A DNA stretch of 64,000 bases. It comes from Lama guanicoe (Eukaryota). Both the position numbers and the translations under genes were made by a program. Below, piece by piece: positions 22,682 through 34,343 of this stretch; position 1 is the first letter of the stretch, and every line of letters begins with the position of its first letter. The stretch lies in the NCBI GenBank assembly GCA_013239625.1, contig MU057325.1, positions 186,001 through 250,000 on the forward strand, read 5' to 3'. The notes below the pieces were generated by a model that had not been told where the DNA came from, searched no databases, and worked only from the letters and a program-made list of their open reading frames with translations.

Positions 22682-23159
22682 CTATAAAACAGGGAACAAA
22701 CTCAGGTGCTTTGCTGTCACTCCAGACGGAGCCTCTTTCTTCAAACACTTTGAAAATCCACATTTCACGTGATGATCATTGACTTAAAGAGGCACGTATT
22801 CTCTACTTTATCAAAGAAAGAAAGCCATGGGATTGGAGTTCGATAGGCAGTCATTTCCCTTATGGCCCCTCCCCCAAATCTAACGGGCGCTTTTGCGTTG
22901 ATAAATGCACAGGTGATAAACACATAGCGACTTTGTGCAAAGCCTTCACGGCCTCCACGGGTAAGAAAGGACCTGTCCCTGGGCTTCCCGAACGGAATCA
23001 CAGGCTCCTCCTCCTCAGTCAGCAGCACACACATCGTCAGGGCTCACACAGTGACCCCTGAGCAGAGGGGAGCGCGTGAGAAGTCACAGGCGCTGACAAC
23101 ACAGGGCGTCAGGACGGTGACGTGTGCTGGCTCCGTCCCAGCACGCATCCCAGCCTCAC

Positions 23160-23317
23160 CTCCTGCTCCGCGATTCTGAACACGCTCTCGTGCACGTCGT
23201 CCCTCTCCAGGGGGGTGCGGATCTGTCTGATGAGACGGTCCTCACAGGTCTCCAGGCGGAGTCTGATGTTTCGCACTTCCGAGATGTATAGATTGTACGC
23301 TGATTCCTCTTGCTCCT
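23160..23317 (-). CDS. DST: DST exon [14 protein letters not shown]...IAEQE
   Basis: cacag|AG GAG ... GAG|gtgagg; 158 nt. Confidence 0.95.
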
Positions 23318-24000
23318 CTGTGCAAGTAAACGTAATATTTAAAAATCAGCTTGGTCTCTATCTTTTGGATGCTCCTGTTCATGTGTTAATACGGCACTTT
23401 GATTACTATGGGGACACAGGAAGTCCAACTAACATTACCAGGTTATCAACAACCCACCCCACAGATGCACACCTTGAAACCAGCAGACATCACAATTTAC
23501 AAAGAGTTAATAAAATTTCCCTAATGCCACTGACAGTACCAATGTCTGATTAGTGATGGCTAAGGAAAGTAACGTACTGTTGTGTTTTATGTTCACAAAA
23601 ACGTGAATTACATTAATAGCAGACTAGTTGTAAAAATTAAATTAAAATCCGTTAAAAGGAAAGGAAAGGATTGCGTTAATGAATAATTTTTAAATAGAGT
23701 ATTACTAACATAGGGTTTTTTTTTTTTTTTGGTAAAAATAGGGTTTTTTTTTTTTTTGGTCTGTAAGCAATATCAGGCGTTTGGAATAAAAATTTTTATT
23801 TAACAAAAGTTAACCAGACACAATCTCTTCCTTTAACCCCTGTATAAAATCCAGGTTTGATTCTGGGAAATCTCTGCACCTTGCTCTCAATTTTGCTGTG
23901 AATCTAAAACTGCTCTAAAAAGAAGTTTTTAAAAAAAGTCCAACTTTGGTATATGGGAAAAATCACTGAACCTTTTCTGAAACTAAAAGGTCACCATTCT

Positions 24001-24425
24001 AAAATAATGCCATCTACAGCAACATGGGTGGACCTGAGATGGTCATTCTAAGTGAAGGCAGCTGGAAAGGGAAAGAAGAATGCCATATGATATCACTCAT
24101 TTGTGGAATCTAAAAAAAAATGACACAAACGAACTTATCTACAAAACAGAAACAGACTCACAGACATAGACAACAAACTTATGGTTTCCAGGGGATAAAG
24201 CAGGTGGGAAGGGATAAATTGGGAATTCAAAAATTGCACCTCTTGGGGAGTGATGGAAATATGAGCTATATCTTGACTGTGGTGGTGGTTTCATGGCTGT
24301 ATACATCTATCAAAATTCATCAAGTTGTACATCTGAAATACGTGTAGTTTACTGTATAGGAACCATACCACAATAAAGGCGTTAAAAAATAAAACAAATA
24401 AAATTAAAATAAAGGTTAAAAAAAA
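24001..24425 (+). mobile_element. L1 3' fragment, alternative-tail variant
   Basis: ORF2 end (gcaacatgg...aagtgaag), 3' UTR, poly(A); TSD tca.cattct. Confidence 0.85.
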
Positions 24426-24727
24426 GATCATCATTCTGAACACGACATTTCAAAATAGTGAAAATGTTCAAAAGCAGATTCATCAAGACTTCATAGTTTG
24501 TCACACTACCTGAGTGGAATCTTTTGATTAATTCATCATTCGGAAATAAATGAATCCGTTCCTGAATCTCCCTACCTCAGACACGCATTTAACGTCCAAG
24601 CAGCGGTGCCTACCTCTCCCAGGCTGAGTGACAAAATATACCTAAGACTGAGTGTCCCACTGAGAGCAGAAAATAGCTTGGACCAAACACCCATGGGGGG
24701 AAAAGGGCAGGAACTCCCACGCTTTAC

Positions 24728-24911
24728 CTCTTTCTGCAGATTTCAGAAGTTCCTGATAATACTGCTTACACACAGTGACCTCCTTTTCCAGCTGTGTTAT
24801 ATCTGAGCCAGAAAATATCTGGGACTCCTGGCTGTCTTCCAGGAAGTCTTCAAAGCGCGACTGCAGGTTACTCAGGACTTGCTGGTGTTCACCAGGTAAC
24901 ATTGTCTTTAT
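24728..24911 (-). CDS. DST: DST exon [13 protein letters not shown]...KSAER
   Basis: tttag|ATA AAG ... G|gtaaag; 184 nt. Confidence 0.95.
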
Positions 24912-25400
24912 CTAAAGCAGACCAGCGATCCAAGTAAGTAAGTGATTACGGTACTAAGAGCTAAATTTAAATAGGACAGATCTCCAGTCGGCCTCACGGT
25001 AGATGCCAGTTTATAGTAACAGGCATCAACAGAAAACCACTGGAAATTCATTTTTTCCTTTCATTAGCGATTTCAGGTTTCAAAGACAAGGAGAAACAAG
25101 GCTATAAAATTTAATCAGTGAAATCAAAGGCTACCCATCTCTCTGTGCCCAAGCACTACCCTGTCTCCCTGGGAAGATGAAAGCCCTGAATGAAAGACAT
25201 GATCTACAGATCCCTCCGTTCTTAGAAAAGGCCTCGCACACCGCAGGCAGGTAACGGATGTCCGCGGAACGAGGGACTGTCCGTCAGCAGGGATCTGCTG
25301 GGCTCCTCCCACTGACGAGCAAACACAAAACCCACTCCTCAGAGCGACCCGGGCCCCACACTGTCGGACAGGTCGGGCTGCTGGGGAGATTCATCCTTAC

Positions 25401-25527
25401 TGAGGCCACGTTGCTGGCTCGGACGCGGTCGATTTCACTGACGAGATAGCGCCAGGACACCACGCTCTTCATGTTGGTGTGAGACTCATGCCACAGGGTC
25501 AGGACGTTCTGATACTGTTGCTCAATC
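25401..25527 (-). CDS. DST: DST exon [12 protein letters not shown]...SNVAS
   Basis: ttcag|G ATT ... TCA|gtaagg; 127 nt. Confidence 0.95.
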
Positions 25528-25731
25528 CTGAAATACACGGAGGAACGCGCAGATGAAGCCTTTTCCCTCCCTCTGAGAACATGCTGCAGTGCTGTCTTTC
25601 TGTTTGTGAAACATCCCAGGTTTACTAGCCCTGGGCCCTTCAGACCCTCTGGCATGAAAAGGTACGGACTGTCTCTTTCATGCTGACAGCCTCCAGCACG
25701 GGGCTGCGCTGGACCCAGTGCACACACACAC

Positions 25732-25886
25732 CTGTTTGCAAAGTCGATCGCGTCCTTGTTGGGCGGAGGGATGGTAAAGCACACGGAGGGGACCATGGCC
25801 TCGTTGCCAGTGGGGCTGATCACCTTCCACTTCGCGCGATGGGAGTTGTTCGCCAAGACACACTCATCGTCTTTGAAAATGGTGAT
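25732..25886 (-). CDS. DST: DST exon (SH3) [11 protein letters not shown]...[18 protein letters not shown]...FANR
   Basis: accag|ATC ... AG|gtgtgt; 155 nt. Confidence 0.95.
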
Positions 25887-26076
25887 CTGGTTTTCAAGAA
25901 CAGAATAACCCAGTGAAGTCCCTGTTGACCACTTTTCCATACTCAGTCTTGGGGTTGCTTTTATTGTGTGTTTTTTTTTTTAATTGGAAATCTTTACCAC
26001 TGGTGAGCAACATGACCTCATTTTTTAAATATATGAATAATGCCAGCAACTGGTCTGTTTCTTGGAGCTGGAGTAC

Positions 26077-26229
26077 CTCAATCTGTCTGTAGTCACAGAT
26101 GGCTCTGATGGGAATAGAAGTTTTGAGTGGACAGTCAGGACTCCTTGGCTTTAGTTGGATTATCGCTTTGGCTCTTCCCATCAGGCTGGCTATGGTGCTT
26201 TTATACTGCAAAAGCTCTTCTTTCTCCTC
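26077..26229 (-). CDS. DST: DST exon [10 protein letters not shown]...AICDYRQIE (start of SH3)
   Basis: cccag|GAG ... GAG|gtactc; 153 nt. Confidence 0.95.
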
Positions 26230-26429
26230 CTGGGTGAGAAAAAAAGACGGATTTTAAAAAGTTGAACGTGTGCTCTGTGTTGTCTCAGGAACACACAAAC
26301 GAGAAAGCACCAAACGAAAAAGCACATAGGCAACTTCATCAGGAAAGTCTTCCCTGACCATCTTGGTCTCAACGATTTCAACCCCTCTCCTCCCCCTCCA
26401 AGACCTCTCTCCCCCTGTTATTTATAAGT

Positions 26430-26618
26430 TTGTTTTCTTTTTTTTCATTTTATTCTTTTTGGGGGCAGGGGGTAATTAGGTTTATTTATTTATGTATTTT
26501 TCTTACTTGTTTTTTTTTTACCTTTTTTTGTTTTTGTTTTGAGGGAGGAGGTAAGGGGATTGAACCCAGGACCTCGTGCATGCTAGGCATGTGCCCTACC
26601 TCTGAGCTATGCCCTCCC
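26430..26618 (-). mobile_element. tRNA-derived SINE inserted in an L2 remnant
   Basis: ggggattgaacccaggacctc...ctgagctat. Confidence 0.85.
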
Positions 26619-26619
26619 G

Positions 26620-26720
26620 CTTCAGGGCAGAAACTCTTGTCTGTTTTGTTCCTGTCTCTAGCACCTGAAACAGTGCCTGGGACACAGAAAGTGCTTAACA
26701 AGTATTTACAGAATGAATGA
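26620..26720 (+). mobile_element. L2 3' end
   Basis: cagtgcctgggacacag...gaatgaatga. Confidence 0.75.
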
Positions 26721-26721
26721 C

Positions 26722-26723
<2 letters not shown>

Positions 26724-26755
<32 letters not shown>

Positions 26756-26787
26756 TGCGCGTGCACACACACACACACACACACACA
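26724..26787. repeat. Interrupted (CA)n microsatellite
   Basis: Seen directly. Confidence 0.95.
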
Positions 26788-27016
26788 AAATGCTGTTAAA
26801 GTATTTTACAATATCCAGGCAATCACATAAAAAGCACTTCTGTTGTACTTGTCACCAGAAAACACTAAAACCGAGTATTTAAATGCTTGGTGGAATGAGG
26901 CGGAAATTTCAAGAGGACCCATGAAATGTGAGGCTCTGCACGTGGAAAACATACTAAGACACGAATCTAGTCCCCACTGGACATGACTGTTGAAACACAG
27001 GTTTTCGAGTCAGTAC

Positions 27017-27142
27017 CATGGACTCCTGAACGAGGTCCTCCAGCTTGTGGACGCTGCTCGACCTGTCACAGCTGTACTTCCGCTGGATGGCATCTTTTAG
27101 GTTCCGCAAGTAGTCAGTCACTTCTTTGGCATCGTTGAAAAA
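27017..27142 (-). CDS. DST: DST exon [12 protein letters not shown]...VQESM
   Basis: cgcag|TTT ... ATG|gtactg; 126 nt. Confidence 0.95.
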
Positions 27143-27624
27143 CTGCGGAAAGAGGAAAACGGGCCGTTCAAGTGTCTGAAAGGTCAGCAAAGCGCAGAGC
27201 CGGCGGGCGGGGCACCAGGTCCCTGTGTGCACCCCTCACGTGTGGGGACAGAATCCACTTACGAGACCACGTGACCAACATATTTCCTTTAACCACACAA
27301 CTCTTGGACTTGGCTGATGACAAACAACTGCTGACTGCCCGAAGCATGCATCTCTACTACTGTTTTCGCCCTGTATTATTTTTATTCAGAGTTTATACTG
27401 CTTTAGTGTCCAGTTGTTAAGTAGGGGTGAAATTTCAAGAATATTTTAAAACTTTTGAAGAATAGGGGAAAAAAGCTCTCTATAGTAAAATAGTTCCTTA
27501 ACAAGAGAAGCATGTAGAAAAATTAAGATTTTTTTCTAGATTAAATGGCAACAAACTCTCAAAAAAAAAAAGTTAAGATTTTCAGACATTTTAAGCAGTT
27601 TTTTTCTATAGTACTTCTTTTTAT

Positions 27625-27812
27625 TTTTATTTTTAGAACTGAAGTATAGTCAGTTACAACGTGTCAATTTCTGGTGCCCAGCACAGTGTCCCAGTCATAC
27701 ATATACATACATGTATTCATTTTCTTATTCTTTTTCATTAAAGGTTATTATAAGATATTGAATATAGCCTCTTGTGCTGTACAGAACAAATTTGTTTTGT
27801 TAATCTATTTAA
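27625..27812 (-). mobile_element. L1 3' end fragment
   Basis: Reverse of the standard L1 tail. Confidence 0.8.
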
Positions 27813-27837
27813 GCATTTTTTAAAGTACTTCCTCCTT

Positions 27838-28375
27838 AAGTCAGAAAGCAAAAGAAAAATGCCATATGATATCGCTCATATGTGGAATCTAAAAAATAAA
27901 GGGGCACAAATGAACTACTTATTATTTGTAACTTAGATAACTGATTTCTTGAATATGTGTGAGCACATCTGACTGCCCTTTATGGTTGGATTACTGCATT
28001 CTGTTGATTCTAATTTGGTGGTTGGCTTTGTTCCTTCGATAACTACGTAAGTTTAAAAAGCTAAAGCTCTAAACTGTTCTTTGAAACAATGATCATATGT
28101 AAACTAAAAAAACACATGTGCAATATATTGAATATATATATTTACATGCAATATAATGTATATGTGCAAACTGTAATAATTCTACCTAATAAAACTGAAA
28201 AAGGGGGAAAAAGAGAAAATACTGCATCTGGTTGAATTTGTTCTGAATCCTGAATTAATCATTATGTGCTGTATGCCAGAAACTGACACAACACTGTAAA
28301 CTGACTATACTTCAATTTGAAAAAATGAATTTAAAAAAACCTGAAAAAAATAAAATAAAATAAAGTAAAATAAAA
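27838..28375 (+). mobile_element. Composite L1 3' fragment
   Basis: L1 body, variant tail, standard tail, poly(A); TSD aaa.ta.ttcctcctt. Confidence 0.75.
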
Positions 28376-28565
28376 TATTTCCTCCTTCCTAGAATGCATC
28401 CATTTATCCTAAAGGACAAATAGCCCTTACATCCTACGAAGAAAAGATTTCGGTTTATTTCCCCTGAACACGGCACGTATGTGTCTTAACAATACGTGAT
28501 GGCAGTGTGCTGTGACTCAGCCGAAGCTGTGACAGCACCTCCTGACGCGGGGACCGTCTCCGTAC

Positions 28566-28661
28566 CTCGAAGTAGGCGCCGTTGTCCTTTAAGTGCTGCT
28601 CCACGCACTGGCAGAGCTGCAGGATCCAGCTCCACTGCGTCTGCATTGCCGCGCGGTAAGC
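28566..28661 (-). CDS. DST: DST exon [12 protein letters not shown]...AYFE
   Basis: gcaag|GCT ... GAG|gtacgg; 96 nt. Confidence 0.95.
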
Positions 28662-30319
28662 CTTGCAGAGAAAACACAGCCGTGTGACTGTCCAGGGAGG
28701 AAGGACGCACAGCCTGCTTCTCCAGAACTAGAGCCTCCTATCTACGGAGACCACGGGGGTCCTTTAACTGAGGAAGACCTGAAAATCAGGGCAGTGCGAC
28801 ATCCCAGTGTCTCAGAGCCAGCCCTCAGCCTGTCAACATCGATGTTTTAACTCAGTCCAGTCAATTTCTTTCCAACCTTAAATGTCTTGGTGATTTTTCT
28901 TAAAATAGACGGACGAAGCTAACCTTGACTTTTTCACTGGAAAAAATCTACCTAATACTGGAAACGGAGACAAGCTACCTGGCTTTTCAGAAAACAACCT
29001 TCCACTCCTCCCCGCTGCAACAACACTTCACTGTGTGGAATCCTCACACGTGCCTCCTTCCGGCCACTTTCCTTCATCTTTCTTGTCTCCAAATGTTTAT
29101 ATTACTAGGTCACAAAACAGGCCTTCTGACGCAAAAACGCAGTCTGGAGTTTTCTGTCTTTGCTTCCAAAACTAGACTGGAAGCTCTTGGTGGATGTGGG
29201 GGTCATTTCATTGTCTGTTTCTACCCAGGGCTGTCTGGGGGCGGGTGGAGAAGGGCATATGCAATCCCACATCAGTGTAATTCTGGAATCCCAATAATTA
29301 TAATACTCTGGATTTTTGTTTAAAATGTTTGTTACTGTAATTTTTTATTTATTATCAGGTGCACTGTTTCACATGAGCAAAGATACTGTAGAAAAGACGC
29401 CTACTTGTTAGGGAAACATGAAACACCCTTTAAGACTTTAAGGTGCAATCCACTGGCTTCCAGAAGAGGGCGCCCTAGATGCGCTCACAACTGTCTTATG
29501 TCGGCCTGTCAGTCCTGGAAAAACTCACTCCCACGGAGCTAAGTCCAGGCAGGCTTCCTGGGTGGAATGCACAACGCAGCCCTGGAAACCTGGCCGCGCA
29601 GCTTAATCGTATTAACCCGCTCCCTCCAATGAAGCTGCTTTGAGTAAACTGGCTATAAAAGGCGTATCGTGCGCGGTTAGACTATTAGCTGCTTTTTCAC
29701 ATGAAGTATGAGATGGTGTTGACAATTAACTCTGCCCCATTACCCGCAAGACACTGGATGGGCCGAAGGAATCATAACGATGACTAATAAGACTTCATTT
29801 TATTCTTCAAGGAACTTTCAGTTAATTAGACTAACACCTCCGCGTACAAGCAATGAGGTTCACTCCACATTTTCCATTCCCACCAGAACCCTCAACCTGC
29901 AACACTTCCCAGCAGCTTTCCTCTCTCTAGGGAACATCCCACTTTCAATCTGTCCTCTTACAAATGCACGTCCACACCCCGCATGACGCTGATTTCCTTT
30001 CCCTCGTGGCCCTCCTGAGCTTCCACGGCTTCAACATTCCTACACGGCACCTCCTGAGACGCAAAACCACGTATTTATCCAAGAGAAGGTCACCTGTAAC
30101 ATTCCCCAACCTCCCCAGTGAGGCCTAGAAGTTTCCTAATCTGTGTCACAGTGACGTAGTTCAGAGAACAGAGGCCATCAGATTCCTTTCCTCAGCGGCA
30201 GGCCACGTTCTAAGCACAGCTTTGCTTTCTTCCCCCCTGACAATAAACCACATGTGTCCATGCTGGGTGCTCCTCACCCCCTTCCACAACCCCCTTTGCA
30301 TTAAGAAAGTCACTAAACT

Positions 30320-30998
30320 GAACCAGTGTTGACCTCAGGCCTGACAATTAGCCCCTGACTCCCAGCCACCACCACATGGGCAGCCTCCACCTCTGGGCCT
30401 GAAATGTGTGCCTGGTGTTGTTCCCACACGCCTCACAAAATCGGATCATGAACACAATTCCTCAATCAAATCACAGTAACTGTGGAGCTGGCTCTCTGAA
30501 GTCCATAAAACCCCACTCCTGGGCTCTCTGAGTGCCTGGAGCCTACTGACACCCTGAACTCCGACTCCCCACTGCAGGACCCTCCATGTGCCTGCACTTC
30601 TGCAAGATGAAAACATCTTCCCCGGATGTGTGTTCACCCTAACAACACTAACCGCCCCAGGAAATGGCTAATCTCACACTACCCTGGGCGGACAGGCCTC
30701 ACTGCACTGCTGCCCTCATCAGAGTCCTGAATCCCATCACTCAGAGGAGCCCCTGACAAGTCTTGCCTCACTTATGACCCATCAGGTACCTGTGCACGAA
30801 GTGACCACGTGGCCCCTACCCCTGTGTTCACAGCCCCTTCCCCCAGTAACAGACCCTCCACGTTCACCTCTTGTCCGTGTGGCCCGCTGTTGACTGTAGC
30901 AGCGTCCCCATTAAACTGCTCCTTGTCCCTTAAACTTCCCCTTGTCTTTGGTAAATTCTTTTACCACCCACAACACTGGTCCACCGCGTCCCCCAGCA
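30320..30998 (+). mobile_element. Old LTR remnant (ERVL/ERV1 MER-type), boundaries approximate
   Basis: C-rich body; ATTAAA followed by ggtaaattcttttaccacc. Confidence 0.45.
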
Positions 30999-31422
30999 GT
31001 AACGAGCACTTCCTGAGAACACACTGCGGACCAAGCCCTGGTCTAAGTCGTGAGAGGACATTATCCTCCCTCCCACTTTAGGTCAGTGGATGGGGCTGAG
31101 CCAGGTGACGGCATGGCTGCGACATCACTCAGTCGGGAAGAAGCCAGCGTCAAGTCAAGGCTGCCGAGTCAGCCCTCCGTAGTTACTGCAACACATCCCT
31201 CTGGCCACGGGGGCTCACAGAGTGCCTCCAGTGTAAGTGGTGAGTGAGTGACACACTCAGAGCAGGATGACTAAAGGCAAATCAGTACGACTTGTCAGAA
31301 ACGGTCTTGTTGAGCTGGGTGGTGATAAAGCTGCACGGTTTGCACTTTTCGATTTATCAGCCAATCAAAGGATCTGGAGGGTCATAATCAGATGTCCATG
31401 TTTGACCGACTTTCTGACCTAC

Positions 31423-31527
31423 CTCAATGGTCAGTCGGGCGGGGTGATTTTCCACAAGCAGCTGCTCTGCTATCTCCTGGACGGATTTGATGTTTTCTTC
31501 TTTTTGATCAAGTTCTCTCATTAATTC
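31423..31527 (-). CDS. DST: DST exon [11 protein letters not shown]...RLTIE
   Basis: attag|GAA ... GAG|gtaggt; 105 nt. Confidence 0.95.
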
Positions 31528-31617
31528 CTAATAGAAAGAAAGAAGTAAGAAATGTGTTAAGAAAAAAAAAAGACAAAACCTGTGTCTTTACAGCACAGTG
31601 ACAGAAGTCACACTTAC

Positions 31618-31779
31618 AGCGTGGTACTCTCTCTTCCTGGCTATGTTGGTGTTTCTCTCGCTCCAGTCGTAAGCAACCTCCTCCTCTTCTTTTTCATTCA
31701 ACCAAATCAGTTCCTTAGTGGCACGAGTTACAAAATTATAGAGGGTATCCAGGTGCCGCTCCTGATTCCTGGATGTATT
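31618..31779 (-). CDS. DST: DST exon [11 protein letters not shown]...YDWSERN...EYHA
   Basis: caaag|AAT ... GCT|gtaagt; 162 nt. Confidence 0.95.
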
Positions 31780-31872
31780 CTTTGTAAGGAGAATCATGGT
31801 AAGAATCGTGTCTTTGCCACCCAGGGACAGATAGGAGATAATAAGGGAAAAGGAAGGTTGAAAAGAACTCAC

Positions 31873-31950
31873 CAAGAGCTTTGCATACTGACTTTCCAGT
31901 CTGTGCAACTTCTCTGCGTAAGTTAGCTTAAGAGGTGCGGTCATCTGGAT
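31873..31950 (-). CDS. DST: DST exon [11 protein letters not shown]...YAKLL
   Basis: catag|ATC ... TTG|gtgagt; 78 nt. Confidence 0.95.
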
Positions 31951-32071
31951 CTATGTCGTGGGATGAAAAGAGGTTAGGAATTCTGACCTGTAGTCAGTGT
32001 ATCTATTATCCTGTTACAGAGTCTTTATAGGAAGGGCAAAACAAAAATGGAGATGAAGTATATACAGATTT

Positions 32072-32143
32072 GGAGGGGTGATAATTAGGTCTATTTATTT
32101 ATTTATTTTAATGGAGGTGCTGGGGATTGAACCCATGACCTCG
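32072..32143 (-). mobile_element. tRNA-derived SINE, head lost in gap
   Basis: Tail and B-box visible before the N run. Confidence 0.8.
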
Positions 32144-32275
32144 NNNNNNNNNNNNNNNNNNNNNNNNNNNNNNNNNNNNNNNNNNNNNNNNNNNNNNNNN
32201 NNNNNNNNNNNNNNNNNNNNNNNNNNNNNNNNNNNNNNNNNNNNNNNNNNNNNNNNNNNNNNNNNNNNNNNNNNN

Positions 32276-32341
32276 ATGATTCTCCAAATGGCTTTCAACA
32301 CTTGGCAAATCTGATCCCCATTCAGTGTGGTCCAATTGCAC
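32276..32341 (-). CDS. DST: DST exon VQLDHTEWGSDLPSVESHLENH..., 3' part lost in N gap
   Basis: gaaag|GTG CAA; frame runs into the gap at 32144-32275. Confidence 0.93.
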
Positions 32342-32402
32342 CTTTCAACAGAAAGATATCAGGTTAAAAAAAAAAAAACTGGTATCAAGACTGAGACTCT
32401 CA

Positions 32403-32540
32403 GGGGGAGGGTATAGCTCAGGGGTAGAGCGCATGCTTAGCATGCACAAGGTTCTGGATTCAATCCCCAGTACCTCCACTAAAAGTAAATAAATAAACTT
32501 AATTACCTCTCCCCCCCAAAAAATTTAAAAAAATAAATAG
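32403..32540 (+). mobile_element. tRNA-derived SINE with TSD aagactgaga.tctcagg
   Basis: SINE head plus flanking direct repeat. Confidence 0.88.
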
Positions 32541-32578
32541 AAGACTGAGATTCTCAGGCAAAGTAAATATTTTTTTAC

Positions 32579-32993
32579 CTGCATCTCATCGACCCAATTC
32601 AAAAGATCCTGAACAAATTTCATGTTTATCTCCTCTTCGGTTAAATTCTGATCCAGCAAAGATGACTTGAGAAGGGGCTTCCTGATCTGCATCAGCTTCA
32701 GAGTCTGCAGGGAATTCGCCTCGACTCCTGAACTGAAGCTGGGAACTAGTCCTGGTGGGACGCTGGGTGTGAAGGCGGGAGTGACAGCCGGGGTCAGGCG
32801 AGACGTCAGCCCCGAGGACAGGCCCGAGGTCACGCTGGACGGGGTCAGGGAGGGTGTCAGCCCCTGTGTCAAGCTCTGAGTGATGCCTGATATCATGAGC
32901 TTCGTCTGCTCGGCGGTCAGCACGCGGCCTTTGCTGTACACTGAGGAACATTCATTCCTTAGGGCCAGAATTTCATCACGCAGTTTTGCAACC
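32579..32993 (-). CDS. DST: DST exon VAKLRDEIL...S/T-rich linker...WVDEMQ
   Basis: ttcag|G GTT ... CAG|gtaaaa; 415 nt. Confidence 0.96.
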
Positions 32994-33253
32994 CTGAAGA
33001 GAAACACACACGGGATGAGCTAGAATACAAGAAGCGTTCTTCACAAAGGTGAACCCTACAGGCAGCCAAGGACTCTAATGAACAGCAGCGTGTCAGTGCT
33101 GCTCCACAGCCGGAACAAAGGCCTCGCATTAACGCAGGATCTTGTAACGGGGAGAGGGGCCGGGGAGGGGACCTGGGACCTCTGCACCTTCCACTCAGCT
33201 TTTCTGCAAAGCTAAACTGCTCAAATAAACAAAGCCTATTTTTTCCTTAATTT

Positions 33254-33366
33254 GGGGTGGGGGGTAATTAGATCTATCCATTTATTTTGATGGAGGTCCT
33301 GGGGATTGAACCCAGGACCTCGTGCATGCTAAGCACACGCTCTACCTCTGAGTTATACCTTCCCCC
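33254..33366 (-). mobile_element. tRNA-derived SINE
   Basis: Reverse-strand head; TSD caaag.ctatttt. Confidence 0.85.
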
Positions 33367-34188
33367 TACAAAGTCTATTTTAAAATGGCATTTAATCACA
33401 TTGCTAAAACTTTATATCACGAATTTTCTCACTAAACGTTGTTACTATAAGCACTGTCCATATTATCACATAATCTTCAGAAGTGTAACTGATAATGAAC
33501 GTGATTACTCCACTATAGTATTATTTTCCTGTTATTTGGCATGTAGGGGTCCAAATTTTTGTTACGATAAAGTAGTTTTGACTTAAAAGCTTTTTTCCCT
33601 ATATTTTTAGATATCTTCTCTTTTTTCTGCTTTTTAAAGATATTTTCTACATTAAGAATTAATACAGATTTCTAAAAGTGGAATTACTGGGTCAAAGCAT
33701 CATTTATAATTTTTGCTTTATATAGCTCATATATCTGTAAATTTACATATATATATATATGTGTGTATATAAAACAACTAGAAAGGTTCCATTCCTACCC
33801 TGAAACCTACTTCTCAGAGACACAGATTTTTATACACATACATTTTTTCCAAGATGTTGTTACGAATATTTTCATAAGATAAACAGACAACTGAAAGACT
33901 GACTTAAAGGATACTTTCCTTGGATTTTCCCTTCTTCAAAAACCACACATGAATATTTCAACTGTATGTTAGTTACTACAGCAGTAAATAATGCATGTAT
34001 CATAGAATTTTCCCCAGCACTTATCTTTGAAGAACAAAACCTACTTAACACACCAGCACATAACAGAATTAACGTGACACGCATTTTCAACAAAAAAGAG
34101 CCCGAGAAATGTATTTCATGGAAGGGTCACCCTCAGCGTTCTCCTCCCAGGTGCCAGGAAACGGTCACACAGAGGGTGCTGCTCTCAC

Positions 34189-34343
34189 CTCTGCACCAGC
34201 TGGTCTGCCTGGTAGTATTTCCCATCGATAAGAATCTGTACATCGATGACATGCTGGCGCAACAGGTTCTCACACTCAAGGACGTAGCCGGCAATTTCTG
34301 CTTCGTTCTGAAACTGCACCCCTGATTCTAATCTTTTCGAATC
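34189..34343 (-). CDS. DST: DST exon [11 protein letters not shown]...DQLVQR
   Basis: cacag|GAT ... AG|gtgaga; 155 nt. Confidence 0.95.

Noticed and set aside
23709-23760. Tandem atagggt(n)ggt duplication
   Set aside because: Short homopolymer-associated duplication, possibly an assembly artefact; no functional cue
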